From the human T2T-CHM13v2.0 reference genome, Homo sapiens: DNA of 64,000 bases. A program made the position numbers and the translations under genes. Below are positions 27,981 to 43,087 of the stretch, one piece after another. The stretch's first letter is position 1. The number at the start of each line of letters is the position of its first letter. Location of the stretch: the NCBI RefSeq assembly GCF_009914755.1, contig NC_060944.1; one strand, 5' to 3'. The notes beneath the pieces were generated by a model. The model worked only from the letters and a program-made list of their open reading frames with translations. It did no database searches and was not told where the DNA came from.

Positions 27981-29097
27981 TCTGGGCACTGTGCTATCTT
28001 TAAGTTATACTTCCATAAAAATCGAAACAAATCTTAGGAGATATTTTTCATTTATAAGTTAAACTGTTCCAAAGGGGGATAACCTCTGTCTCTTTTACTT
28101 AAAAAATGCAAATATGCTCAATCTAATCTCTTTTCAATTTCTGAGAATTGCAGTTTCAAGAATTATTACTGACATCAGCTACAAATAAAACAAGAAAACA
28201 ACTGTTTAGAAACCTCAAAATTGATATAAAACTATTCTGGTCAAGACATTTTTATTAAAATATTGTTCTGAAATTTGGCAGTTGATTTCTGGTCTCATCA
28301 TGATGCCAAAAATAGATTAAATAGATTCAGTGAGCTATCTAGATGGGCCAAATAACAGATTTGATAAAGTCCCTACTACGTGTTTAGGCAGTGACATTTG
28401 TCAGTAGCCAGCACAGTAATAGTTATAAGTGACAATTCGGGGAAGAGTCTGGGCTGAGAGCGTCAGTTCCCATCATGTGGCTCAGTCTCCATTCCCTCTC
28501 AGCCTAGACTGAAACATAAAAGAAGCAAAGTGCTTTCAAGCCTGCATAGGAAGGTGTCTTCTTCTCTTACCCCTGGAATCAAAGAAGCGATGAAAATCTT
28601 TGTTTATTGCTTTCGTTAGAGACTCAAACACAGGCTATCAAATGTGCAAAAACGTTTTCTTTCACATAAAAGATTTCTGATAGCCATGTCACTTGTTTCA
28701 ATTTCCTGTTCATTCCAGATACCGCTGTCTGGGAATGGGATTCAAATGGAAGATATCTTGCATTTATCCCAAAACATTCAGCTACCTGACATGAAATATG
28801 ATGGGACATTCTTTTAACTTGTTTATTTCTTTGGATTTTTTTTTTTTTTTTTTTTTCACATCATCTCCAGTGTTTCAGTTTTCTTAGCAGCCAGAGGCTT
28901 CTCCTGAGTGTCTCTTCTGGGTAAAGGTGATCAGGGCTGCCGCAGGCCCAGGCCACATGCTGTCTGTAAATGGCTTTGCAGGCACATGATAGACACAGAT
29001 TCAATTCTTGCTTCCTGATTTCCTGCACGTCATTTTGGAGCTAACATACCTCCATGTACAGAGGCCCTGGGGAAGAATGCATACTGATGCTCTTGAG

Positions 29098-29415
29098 CAG
29101 GGTGCACACATTGGGGCCCAAGGGCCAAATCTGGCCAGCTCTCTGTTTTTGTATGGCTCCCAAGCTAAGAATCATCATATTTTTGAATGGTAGGAAAAAA
29201 ATCAAAAGGAGAATAATGCTTTCTGACACATGAAAATGATACAAAATTCAAATTTCATTGTCTATAAATAACTGGAACGGAGCCACGTACGCTCATTCAT
29301 ATTGTCCATGGTGGCTTTTGCACCCCAATGGCAAAGTTGACTAACTTAGTCAGAGGCCTTTGGTCTGCAAAGCCTAAAATATTTACTATGTAGCCATTTA
29401 CAGAAGAAGTTTGCC
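29098..29415. mobile_element. MER58B-like (hAT-Charlie)
   Basis: gggccaaatctggcc...aaagcctaaaatatttacta..tagccatttacagaagaagtttgcc. Confidence 0.8.
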
Positions 29416-29418
29416 TAT

Positions 29419-29873
29419 TGTTATGGATTAAACGATGTCCCCAAAAAAGATGTTGATGTTCTAACCACCAGTACTTGTGAATGTGGCCTTATTTGGAAAA
29501 AGGGTCTTTGCAGATGATCAAGTTAAGTTGAGGTCCTTAGGGTGAACCCTAAACCAATATGTATCCTTATAAAGTCAGAAAATCTGGAAATACACACACA
29601 CACATGCAGAGAATGCCATGTGAAGATGGAGGCAGAGATAGAGCTGATGCTTCTATTATACAAGCCAAAGAATGCTAAATGTTGCCAGCAAAACACCAGA
29701 AGCTTCCAAAGAGGCCTGGAACAGATTCTCTCTTGCCGCTGTCAGAAGGAGCCAACCCTGCTGACACTTTGGTCTTGGACTTCCAGCCGGCAGAACTGTG
29801 AGACAAGAAACTTCTGTTATTTAAGTCCCTCTCTCTGTGGTGCTTTGTTATGCAAGCTGGAGCAGCATGTACC
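29419..29873 (+). mobile_element. MLT1C-like MaLR solo LTR
   Basis: tgttatggattaa...ccttatttggaaaagggtctttgcagat...gtgaagatggaggcagagat...agaactgtgagacaa. Confidence 0.85.
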
Positions 29874-31433
29874 AGCTCCTGATGTAAACACACACATTAT
29901 CCACTGAAAGGTGCTAATGCCCTTTTCACTACATTGGGTTCTTAAAAGTGTCTGCTGTGAACAAATGCCACACATGTCACCTCCGTTTCTTCCTGTTGCC
30001 ACCTGTGGAAAGGCCATGGGGAGTGGCTTGGACGCTCTCTCAGTGATGAGGCTCTCTCAGGGATGCTGACTCCCTCTATGCCCTCCGAAACTCCCCACAA
30101 GTGACAAGCACTTTATTTTTCTCAATAGCGAATCAAGAACTGTCAGTTAAACTCCCACTTGAACCAACTTCTCATAGCCTCCTATTCAAAAATTATATTT
30201 AAAAAAAAATCTTTCTTTTAAAAGATAAAACAAGGATGGCTGCATGTGATTTTCTCTCTACCAATATTTTCAAGAACATACACCAGTGGAAGTGCCCAGT
30301 AGGATCCCAGAATTTAGGGGAAGTTTCAGTGTTTCATTTTAATATTCCAAACAATAAAATGAGGAAATGAAATGTTTTGGTTCCTTTTAGAACCTGTTAA
30401 GGAGCCAAACATGCTTTTAAATGAGGGCTCAATTAAAATATCGGATGGAGGCAAAAGATCATTTAGAAACAACAATAAATTCTCCTGATCTGCCTTTTAC
30501 AATTAGTTACTTACAGTTTAAAAAATGCCAAAATCATTTCTAGAAGTCATTCCAATATAGGCATAAGTTGTCAATGTAATGCAATATGAATACCTAAATA
30601 TGCATAAAAAGACAAACAAGGAGTTGCTTATTCACCTTAATAACAGGGCTTTGGGATTCTTTTGTAAATGATTCATTTTATAAATGTTTGGTGGTTGTAT
30701 ATTGTTCTAGAATACATCTGTTGCAAAAAAAACAAAAAACAAAAAACTAAAAACCCTCCAATTCCCAATCAAACAAAAGATTTACTGAGAAACTTTGAGA
30801 TGCCCAGTTCTAATTCTGGTGCAATGGGAACAAACTTATACTGAGACATAAACTTTGACCTCAGTGAATTTATGGGATTCATTTTTAGCCTGCTTGCAAA
30901 GATTAGAAAATTATATAGCCAAAGACTAAATGGATGGAAAGACTTGTATGTACAGTTGGTATTCCAAACAGACAAAAATCCTTGCAACTGTCATGAAACT
31001 ACAGGGAGGAGATGGACAAGATTCAGCTGCAGTGTGAAGGAGGGGTATGACCTGGAGAGACACAAAGGGGGGAGACGAAGGATTTTGTGTGGTGCACACC
31101 AGACCCAGAACCCACTGTACTTGGAATGGTGACTGTAAGGTTCCTCGCCAAACAGTGAGCTTCCTGAGGGCAGGAGCTGTGTTTTGTTACTTTTTTGGTC
31201 ACTAGCTCCTGGCATCGGACTGCACACAGAAATGGGGCTCAATGGCTGACGGATTGAATTAATGATAGTGAGAATCCCAGCAATATAGAAATAAATGAAG
31301 GAGCTGGAATGTTGGGAGTCCCCAAACATAAAAAGTCTTTATCTCCAAAAGTTACTTACCAGGGTTTTGGACTCAGAATTCATTTATTACCAAAAAAATC
31401 CTGTAAACACTGATCACCTTCCTGCAATAAATT

Positions 31434-31608
31434 TTGGCCTGTGCACAAAATTTAAAGGGGCACCAAAAACCTCAGTAATCAAGGTAAATAATATTTTAAT
31501 GCAACATATGTTTTAAAATAAAAATCAATGCCAAAAACTCATGATAAACAAAATATCACCATTTTAAATAAAAACAGGATTGGTATTATTGACTTTTCTT
31601 GTTTCCAG
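31434..31608. mobile_element. hAT-Tip100-type non-autonomous element, copy A
   Basis: caaaatttaaaggggcaccaaaaacctcagtaatcaag...; family assigned from recall, exact name uncertain. Confidence 0.6.
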
Positions 31609-31615
31609 AGGGTAA

Positions 31616-31922
<307 letters not shown>

Positions 31923-32349
31923 GACGTATGCTCTGTACTGTTACCATGCAGCTGAGTCTGGTAAGATGAAGGCCAGAATTGCCAGTGACCACTTTTGTCA
32001 TGATGTGGAGAGCTCAGACTGAGAATGAAATCACAGAGATTCCATTAAATAAACTCTATGGAATAATAGAAATAATGCAAAAGAGTTATGTATTGATAAT
32101 TACAAAGGAAGCAGTAGAAATAATGCCATTGCAATTCAACTACATTTAATGATGCCAGGATTCTCAAAGAATTGTTTGCCATTCTGTGCATGGAGAAACA
32201 CGTTCCATTCTTTTAGGAAGAGAGAATAAAGAAGAAAACTGATAAAGCTGAGAAGAGCTTGGGGAAAGCAAGGCAGTTAAAAGGAATAGCCCGCTTGTTG
32301 GCACAGCAAGGGCAAGTCAGAGTGGGACTGGTTTGCTACTCAGCTCTCC

Positions 32350-32640
32350 ATTTGATTAGAAAGGACCAAAATCCAATTCAAACTGTCTTAAACAAAAAAG
32401 GGGAGTGAGGTTCCCAACACAAAAAACCCAGCAGAACTTCCTTCAGGCATGAGTAGATCCAGGGACTCAAATGTGACATCAGAACTTAGTTCCTTTTTGC
32501 CTCTTGCTTCTGCTTTCATCTCTGTGGTTTCATTCTCAATCTGAGCTTTCCATATCACAGCAAACAGGGCCTCTGGCAATACTGGCCTTTATCCTACCAG
32601 CCTCAGCTGCATGGGAACAGCAGAGAGCATGTTTCACCCA
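32350..32640. mobile_element. Old MLT1 (J/K-like) LTR fragment
   Basis: tcaaactgtcttaaacaaaaaaggg...cttcaggcatgagtagatccagggactcaaatg. Confidence 0.55.
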
Positions 32641-33131
<491 letters not shown>

Positions 33132-33232
33132 TGCCCTCCTCTCTTTCCAGCCTGTCCTGGCTACACCTGCAACATTACTCTGACCCTCCACACCCTCCAG
33201 ATCCTAAACCATATATTTTGCCCCAAGGTATC

Positions 33233-33688
33233 TGCTATGGCTGAATTGTGCATCCCAAAAGATATGTTGAAGTTCTAACAGCCTGTACCTAGGAATGTGA
33301 TCTTCTTTGGAAATAGGGTATTTGCAAGTATAATCAAACTAAGATAAAGTCAATAGGGTGGGTCCTCGTGCAATATGACTGGAATCCTTATCAGAAGAGG
33401 GAAACACCATGTGAAGACAGAGACACCGGGAGAAGATGGCCATGACAATGGAGGCAGAGGCTGGAGGGATGCGTCTGCAAGCCGAAGAATGCTGAGGATT
33501 CCTGGCAGCACTGGGAGCCAGAAGAGGCAAGGGCAGATTCTCCCCCGAAGGTTTCAGAGGGAGCATGGCCTTGCCAACACCTTGACTTCTAGCCTCCAGA
33601 ACTAGGGGAGAATCCATCTCTGTTATTTGGGGACCCCTGCTCCCTTTCTTTTAGTGCTTTATCACTGCATTCCTAGGGAACGAATACA
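33233..33688 (+). mobile_element. MLT1C-like MaLR solo LTR
   Basis: tgctatggctgaattgtg...tttggaaatagggt...gagggagcatggccttgccaacaccttga...gaataca. Confidence 0.85.
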
Positions 33689-36600
33689 GTCCCCAATCTA
33701 GGGCCTTCTCTTTGGCTTTATCCTTGGGATCCAGAGACTCTAGAACCATATGTGAGCTTCTCTATATCATCTTCACAATTTTCTCTCCCTCTGTCCACTG
33801 CTTAAATGTTGATGTGCCCTTGGATTCCCCTGTAAAGTCTTCGATGGGACTCTTCTAGACAATCTCCCCTCTACTATCTAAGAAGGAAAAAAAAAAACTT
33901 GCTCCCATGAACTGGCAGCAAGAGGGGCCACTAATCAGCCAAGAATTGCCGGGTGGGGAGTTTCAGAGTAAACTGAAGGCACCCAGCAAGCTGTGGCGTG
34001 GATTATTGCAGCATCCTACAGGACAGAGCTGAGAAAATGGCAGTGGGTCAGCCTGGGCTGGGGAATGCAGAGCACTCATTATTGAGACGTGCAACTTCAA
34101 AGTTACCTTTTACTCTACCCTAGCTAGTTACCCAGGTATAAATCCTATTGTTCTTCCTTCGAAATATATTTTGCCGCTAGTTACCCAGACTGGAAACCTC
34201 AGTTCCCATGAGAGTTCCTCCCCGTTTTCACCCATCTTTTTCTAATCAGTTGTCAAGCTCTAACTTTCAGTTATTGTCACTACTGTGGCCACTGTTCAAG
34301 TTCAGAGACCTTAAACAAAAATGTTGCCAAAGTCACATGCTAATAACTTGAAGATCCGTTGGCCCCAAGCCCCATCCTTCTCCCCTAATGACACAAGATC
34401 TCAAGTTTTGTCTTTGGACAGTCAAGCCTCGTGTCAGTACTGGCACAGAGCGATGCTTCATAAATGTTTCCTGACTGAATGAAGAATCATGCATTTTCCT
34501 CTCATTTCACTTAGTAGCATCTTCCAAACAGGATGTTTTTTAGACTTTTAGGACTTCCTTATTATTTGGTCACATAGGGCCTGATCTTCTACATTGTTTC
34601 ATGTTGCTACCTTTAAGAAAAAACAGGGCATACATTGAATTTGAATTTATGCCCTGTTTAAGAAAAACAGGGCATACATTGAATTTCACAGCAAGCTGTT
34701 GAGTACATGGAATTGCCATTAGGGGTTCATAAACCTCTTTTTTGGGAAGATGGGTGGGTGGGAGAGGTAACAGCAGGGAAAGATGAGCTTAGGAAACATA
34801 ATTCTTAGGCTGGGGAGGAAGCATGGGTTGCAAAGCGGCACAGAGGAGGGCCCCATAAGTAATCTCTAAAGCTATGGCCACTAAGAGGAATGGGAAGGAT
34901 CTTGCCAGTTAGAAATGACAGTGATGACAGGAACAAACACCAGATAAAAACAAGTCACCAGTAATACAGATTAAATGAAAGCAATGCATGGTTCTTTCTA
35001 TCTCCCAGAAACAAATAAAGAACAGCTAAGACCAGTTCAGAAACACTACTGAAAAAGTGGAATTTTTTTCCTTATGCACTTTGCCAAGGAGTTATTTGCA
35101 TCTATTGTTATTTACTTTGGCTTCACTATTTGATCCTATGAATTCTTAAAAAGTGAGAATCAAAATCAAGCCAGTTTCAGTGAAGGACTAGCATACTGTG
35201 TTAGGAAGCCTGAAATGTATTCCGATGAAAGATACACAAAACGCTCATCACTAACACAGACACACCATATGCATCTTATCTAATGTGAGCACTCTACATA
35301 TGAACTCTTATGCCTAAAATTCAGTATGCATTTATTGTATATGCTTTATTCTGATCAACTCAGTAGTGCTTCTGAGATAGAAAAACTTGCCAGGTATCCT
35401 TCCAGCTTTTCGGCACCAAGTTGGGGAAAAACAGCTTTCAGAATTACCGTGCTGAACTTTGACGCTACTCTGAGAAAGTTACTGCCTAATTCTACATCTC
35501 TTATGCAAACTGGGTGGCGCACGATTTCATTTCAACTTATTAAGTCAATTACCTGAAAAATAGACACCAAATTACAATGTATACTGTTTTTCCCACTTTA
35601 TAGAGAATCAAAATGTCAGAGGTAGGTGGGATTTAAAAAGTTTTCTGCTTATGAATGATACATAATTTCAAATGACTCATAGCACTTGTTGAAATAAAGT
35701 ATCCAACCTGGCTGACTCATAACACTGACGCTGGAGTTTCAAATAGGGTTTCCATTATCACACAAATTGACCCAATCTATGCATTGCACAGAGTTATTCT
35801 GACCACAACAAATTACTAGTGACCAGGCTATCAATCATTTAAACAAGCAATGCTATCACAAGATAATACACTCAATTACTTAACCCCATCTGCGAGTTCT
35901 ATAGGAACTACTTTCATAACTTTAACAGAATGCTCTGGGATACATTTTAAAATCTTTTATAATTCAGACTCCATTGTCAAGCTCTGATGAAAAAGTGGGG
36001 CTCTTTATTCGCCTGTAATTTTGCAAATGGCTTCATTTCTTCTACAAGTACATGCAAGACATTTTGGATAGTTTAAGAACACCGGTTTTCTTAAAAACGC
36101 TGTGTGAGAAATGTGGATGTCTGGAAATGAAAAAAAGCCAGATGGCTTTATTTGTTTCATCTCCTTTTGCACCTACAGAGCCTGAAGAAGATCATACAAT
36201 GCGTTCTTCACTTTGGTGTCTTTTCAACGAAGATTGAGGAGAAAAATAGAACCCTAAATAATTAAGACTGACTCATACTTGTCCGCTCACAGCAATGTTC
36301 TACCCACTAACTTATAACACCTTTATGAAAAGTCAGATCCTCTACATTTCAATTTCCTATTACAATACAGAAGATGGACATTTTAGCAGCAAGACTTCAA
36401 AGGGGAAAACTTCAGACACAGACTGAGTGCACTTTGCATTCTGTCATTTATAAAAGAGAGACACTAATGGATTTAAGCAAGGAAGGTGAGTGGGCTAGCT
36501 TTTATTCAAGTCCTGTATCTGTATTATTCGGTGTTGCCGTCATCAACAACACCTTTTCTATGGGAAGAGGGTGCCCATTAATTTTTTTTCCCCAAAAGAA

Positions 36601-37597
36601 AACTTCTCTGCAGGGATTTCAAAGTTCTGAGGAAGCAGTAAGAATCTTCCATGAGCTGATTCTTTAGTTTTCTAGGGTTCTCATACAAAAATGATCTATT
36701 CTTTTGATCAGCATTTCCTGAATTTTGCTATGTGCAAAGTGAAATGGCACTTGGCCTCATGAAGTTTGCCCTCTGGTAGGAGAGAAAGATTCTTAACAAG
36801 CAAACCCTCTATTAATCATAAAGCATGATAGGTCACGAGACATACAAGCATGGCAGAGAGACAGGAGGCCAGGTGGGAATAGGGATGGAGGGAGGTTGCT
36901 TCCCTACTTAGGACAGGTTATTCAGCTACCCAAGGAGGGGACACCTAACCTGGAGTCTGAAGGATGGAAAGAATCTAGCCTCCTGGTGAGCAAGAAGAAC
37001 AGTTTTCAGGAAAGGAAATGGGGATGCTGGACTCCCTGAGGTCTGAATGGGTGGAGGTGGGGGTGGCAGGTGTTGGTAGAGGAAGGAGCAGCAGCATTCA
37101 CACTTCTTAGCCTCATTCCCCAACCCTTGTCTCCCCCTTCCCCAAAGAAGGGAGGCAAGTCAGGTTCAGAGTCTGGTGAGGATGTGGGGACTTGAGCCCA
37201 GCAGGGGTGACAGCAGCCCACTGTGGGGTTCAGTATGTGCACGTGTGTGTTCTTTAGTATGTGCCTCAGTCTTCCAAGTAGCTGGGACTACAGGCACAAC
37301 CCCCACCGTGCCCAACAACTGAATATTTTTAAGTGAAACCACTGACATTTTCATAACTTCACTTTATCTTCTAGTGAAAAGAAGGTTTCATTCTTCACAC
37401 AGTGACACTGGGTGCCTCGCACAAGCCTTCACACCTCTGCTCTCAGGAAGGGCACAGAACTGGGAGCTGGGGTGCTTCTGAGAAAAAAAGCAGTGATGCC
37501 ACACAGTGGCTCCCACCACATGGCAGGTATTATCCTGTTTCTAGGAACTTCCAAGTGAGATTGGTAGTGTTAGCTCGAGTTCCCTGATTTATTAGGG

Positions 37598-37932
37598 TTT
37601 TGTTTTTTTTTTTGTTTTGTTGTTGTTTTTTTTTTTTTTTTTTTGAGACAGGGTCTGGCTCTTTCACCCAGACTGGAGTGTGGTGGTGTGATCATGGCTC
37701 ACTGTAGCCTCCAACTCCTTGGGCTCAAGTGATGCTCCTGCCTCAGCCTCCCGAGTAGCTAAGCCTAAACGCATGCACCGCCATGCCCAGCTAATTTTTA
37801 AATGTTTTGTAGAGATGAGGGCGGGGGAGACATACTGTGTTGCCCGGGCTGGTCTTGAACTACTGGCCTCAATCCTCCCACCTCGGCCTCCCAAAGTGCT
37901 GGGATTACAGGCATGAGCCACCGTGCCAGGCC
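37598..37932 (-). mobile_element. AluJ (plus a separate small Alu fragment at 37263-37314)
   Basis: atcatggctcactgtagcctc..ctccttgggctcaagtgat is J-type. Confidence 0.9.
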
Positions 37933-38391
37933 TGATTTATCATTTTCAGAAAGTATTTCTTTTTTGCACTCTCCATGAGGTCTCAGCACATCACTGTCCT
38001 AGACAAGAAAATGAGGTTCTATTTTCTGATAAGCCTAGAGTGATGTGGCCGACTCAAGCCTCGTCTTGCGCACAGAGCCTTTCTGGGTCAGCCAAGTGTG
38101 AACAGCTTTTTTCCTTTGTTACAGGTTCGATAGTTCTTGGCCTCATTTGTAGGACTTTGTGTAATCTGCTTTGTAGTGTGATTAAATGTATATATGCTGT
38201 CATTAGATTTTGAATACATAGAAGAAAAAATTTGCATCTTTATCCTTGCTCTATTTCTCAGAAAAATGCCTTAAACAACAATTCCTCAATACATAGTTAT
38301 TGAATGTGAATGTCAAATGTATTCTCTATTAATAGATATAATTGGTGCCAAACCTAAGATTTGTGTTTCAAGTTTAAGCCAGGATATACAC

Positions 38392-38810
38392 TATATCAAT
38401 CAGGGGTTCTGATCACCAGCAACAGAAATGGATTCTGATTAACTTAAGAGGTTAGGAATTTATTGGAAGGCTACCAACAGTTGACAGAACCAATGGAAAG
38501 GCCTGGAAAATTGCCTCGGAAAGTAAGCAAGCACTGCGAGAACAGAAGCCAAGAGCATCAAGAGTCCAGGGGTCTCCCCCACTGGCAGCCACCTGTTTGT
38601 GCACCTGCCATTGCTGCCCCTGGGCTCCTAACCTTTCTGCCACCATGTTGAATAGCCTTCAGGGGCTTCCATTTCTTGGAGGCACATCCCAACATTTCAG
38701 AACCATGAACAGGGGAGCATGCAATCAGCTGAGCGTATATATGCGCACATATCCTGGCTGCCAGGAAATGGGGAGGTGATTTATCTGCACCCTGTCTCAG
38801 GGTAGAACTG
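38392..38810. mobile_element. Ancient MLT1-like LTR fragment
   Basis: tcaatcaggggttct...gcaacagaaa...aacttaag...ggaatttattggaagg resembles a MaLR terminus. Confidence 0.45.
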
Positions 38811-38852
38811 CATACTAGACAGTTTCCCCGAGCTATGATGGTATTATCATGT

Positions 38853-39146
38853 TGGAGAGGGAGAGGAGGAGGAAGGAGAAAGGAGAAGGAGGACAAAGAG
38901 GAGGAGGAGGAAGAGAAGGAGAAAAGGAGAAGGAGGAAGAAAAAGAAGGAGAAGGAGGAGGAGAAAAGGAAAAAGAGAAGGGGGAAGAAGGAGAAGGAGA
39001 AAAAGGAGGGCAAGGAGAAAGAGAAAGGGAAGAAGGAGGAGGAGGATGGGGAGTAGGAGGGGGAGGAGGAAGAGGAAGGGAAGGAGAAGAAGAGGAAGGG
39101 GAAAGGGAAGAAGGAGAAAAGGGGGTGGGAGCAAGAGGAGAAAGAA
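38853..39146. repeat. ~290-bp GA-rich homopurine tract
   Basis: Almost exclusively GAG/GAA/GGA with very few pyrimidines. Confidence 0.95.
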
Positions 39147-40075
39147 TGGCAGTGTCTGCTAGGTTAGGGAAAAATTTTGATTTTTGTTAACTATGAGTTT
39201 TTAAAGCAGTTTGCACGAAAAATTTGCTTTTCACAAAAACAAATCAACCCTTCTGAACAAATTTCCCTAAACATTGAAATGGTTTTCATGAGTAGAAACA
39301 GGTTCAGTAACTAACTATATAATCTAAGTGACAAAGTCTGTGTTAATAACACAAACATTTAATAAAATCAAATGTAAAGTATAAACACTTTTCATGTCAA
39401 TACTAAGAAAGAGGAAATTCTCAGAATAGAAACCAGAAAATGAGAGAGTGAGTAATTAGTTCCCAGAGGTTGAAAGGGAAGAACAATGTAATACATATTC
39501 TCTCATTTTGCTCTACGGGGTGTCTCCACCTGGCTCCCATTCGGAGATAGGGGACCGGTTATGACACTAACAAGTAGGTATGCGCCAAAAGCATGTTACT
39601 AGCCTAAGAATATGAATGACAAATCATGTTGTTTTCCCACATGGAATAAAAGTACTTTTCCTAGGGCAGAAATGATTTGTTCATCATGACCATAATGATC
39701 ATCTGTACCATGCGTCTAGGCTAGAAATTCACCCCCCACAAACCTTCCATTTACTCCTAATTTCCATGAATTAGTTATTTCAATGCTCCCCAAATAGTCT
39801 AGTTGACTATAAACCTTTTCATACTCCTTAAACTACAATAACCCTTGATTTTAAAAATAGAGCCTTGCATTACTAATGCTATACCAATTTTTAAACACCA
39901 TGCTCTGAAAAAATAAAAGCCTATTACTGTAAGTTTTATATTAAGTTTTTCTGGAAGTGGGTACATACAAATAACTGCTGTGCAATTTCGATGTACAGGA
40001 ATAACAAAAAATACTTAAAAATGTTACTCATCTTGTCCATAGAATATTTATTCTTCAATTACTAATTACACGTAG

Positions 40076-40520
<445 letters not shown>

Positions 40521-40732
40521 TAAACTATCATCTTCTTAACAAAAGGTTAAAGAAGCCCAACACTATGATGGTCACACAGCAGAGGGAAGAACAGACACTG
40601 TCTCTAACGAACAGTAATGATCCGTTTTAAAGGGTGGCATCTAATTGTCCAAGGGAACTACCTAGTTTTAGGATTTAATCAAACCAATGAGTTATTCCTT
40701 AAACCCAAATTATCTTTTTAAATATTTATCTA

Positions 40733-41030
40733 CTTATTTATTTTTTGAGACAAGGTCTCACTCTGTCACCCAGGCTGGAGTGCAGTGGAGCGATCTTGGC
40801 TCACTGAAACGTCTTCTTCCTGGGTTCAAATGATTCTCCAGACCCAGCTTCCTGTGTAGCTGGGACTATTTATGTAAGCCACCAATGCCCAGCTAAGTTT
40901 TGTATTTTTTAGTAGAGATGGGGTTTCGCCATGTTGGCTAGGCTAGTCTCGAACTCCTGGCCTCAAATGATCCACCTGCCTCGGCCTCCCAAAGTGCTGG
41001 GATTATAGGTGTGAGCCACCATGTCCGGCC
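40733..41030 (-). mobile_element. Alu (S/J)
   Basis: Antisense Alu; TSD-like aacccaaattatc on both sides. Confidence 0.9.
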
Positions 41031-41348
41031 CTTGAACCCAAATTATCGAACCTGAACAACCCAATGGTTATATGTGATTGCTTATAAATTAAGCTGTCTC
41101 CATTAAAGGGCTTTTCACGTAAATTTAAAAAAGTGTCATATCTCATGGATAATTTTAATGCACAGTATTGGTCGTACGCTAAAATATAGGGGAAAATTCT
41201 CACGTGCAAATAAATAAAGGTTTGTACAGGTTTGGTACCAGCAGGTTTTAAGGCAGGGAGTGGTGTTTTTTTTTTTTTTTCTTTTTCCCAGAGATCCAGA
41301 GATATTTTGGAAAGAATGAGTAACTTACAAACAAGGAGTCAGGAATGA

Positions 41349-42725
<1,377 letters not shown>

Positions 42726-42806
42726 AAACGATGGAGAAGAATATTTCTTGAAAAGGGAAGATGTTCACCACATATTTGGGGGGAAAAGTGTAAAAGTAGG
42801 GAAATA

Positions 42807-43087
42807 CTATCGCAAGGACAAAAAACCAAACACCGCATGTTCTCACTCATAGGTGGGAATTGAACAACGAGAACACATGGACACAGGATGGGGAACATCA
42901 CACACCGGGGACTGTTGTGGGGTGGGGGGAGGGGGGAGGGATAGCATTAGGAGATATACCTAATGTAAATGAAGAGTTAATGGGTGCAGCACACCAACAT
43001 GGCACATGTATACATATGTAACAAACCTGCACGTTGTGCACATGTACCCTAAAACTTAAAGTATAATAATAATAAAATTAAAAAAAA
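42807..43087 (+). mobile_element. Young 5'-truncated L1PA (PA2-PA4-like), 3' end only
   Basis: Near-consensus L1 3' UTR with its G-tract and aataaa/poly-A; TSD aaaagtagggaaata at 42792-42806 and 43084-43098. Confidence 0.93.

Noticed and set aside
38835-39190. K/E/R- and G/E-rich ORFs
   Set aside because: Artefacts of the GA-rich simple sequence; the same applies to the ORFs over the CT tracts at 8.1 kb and 11.1 kb.
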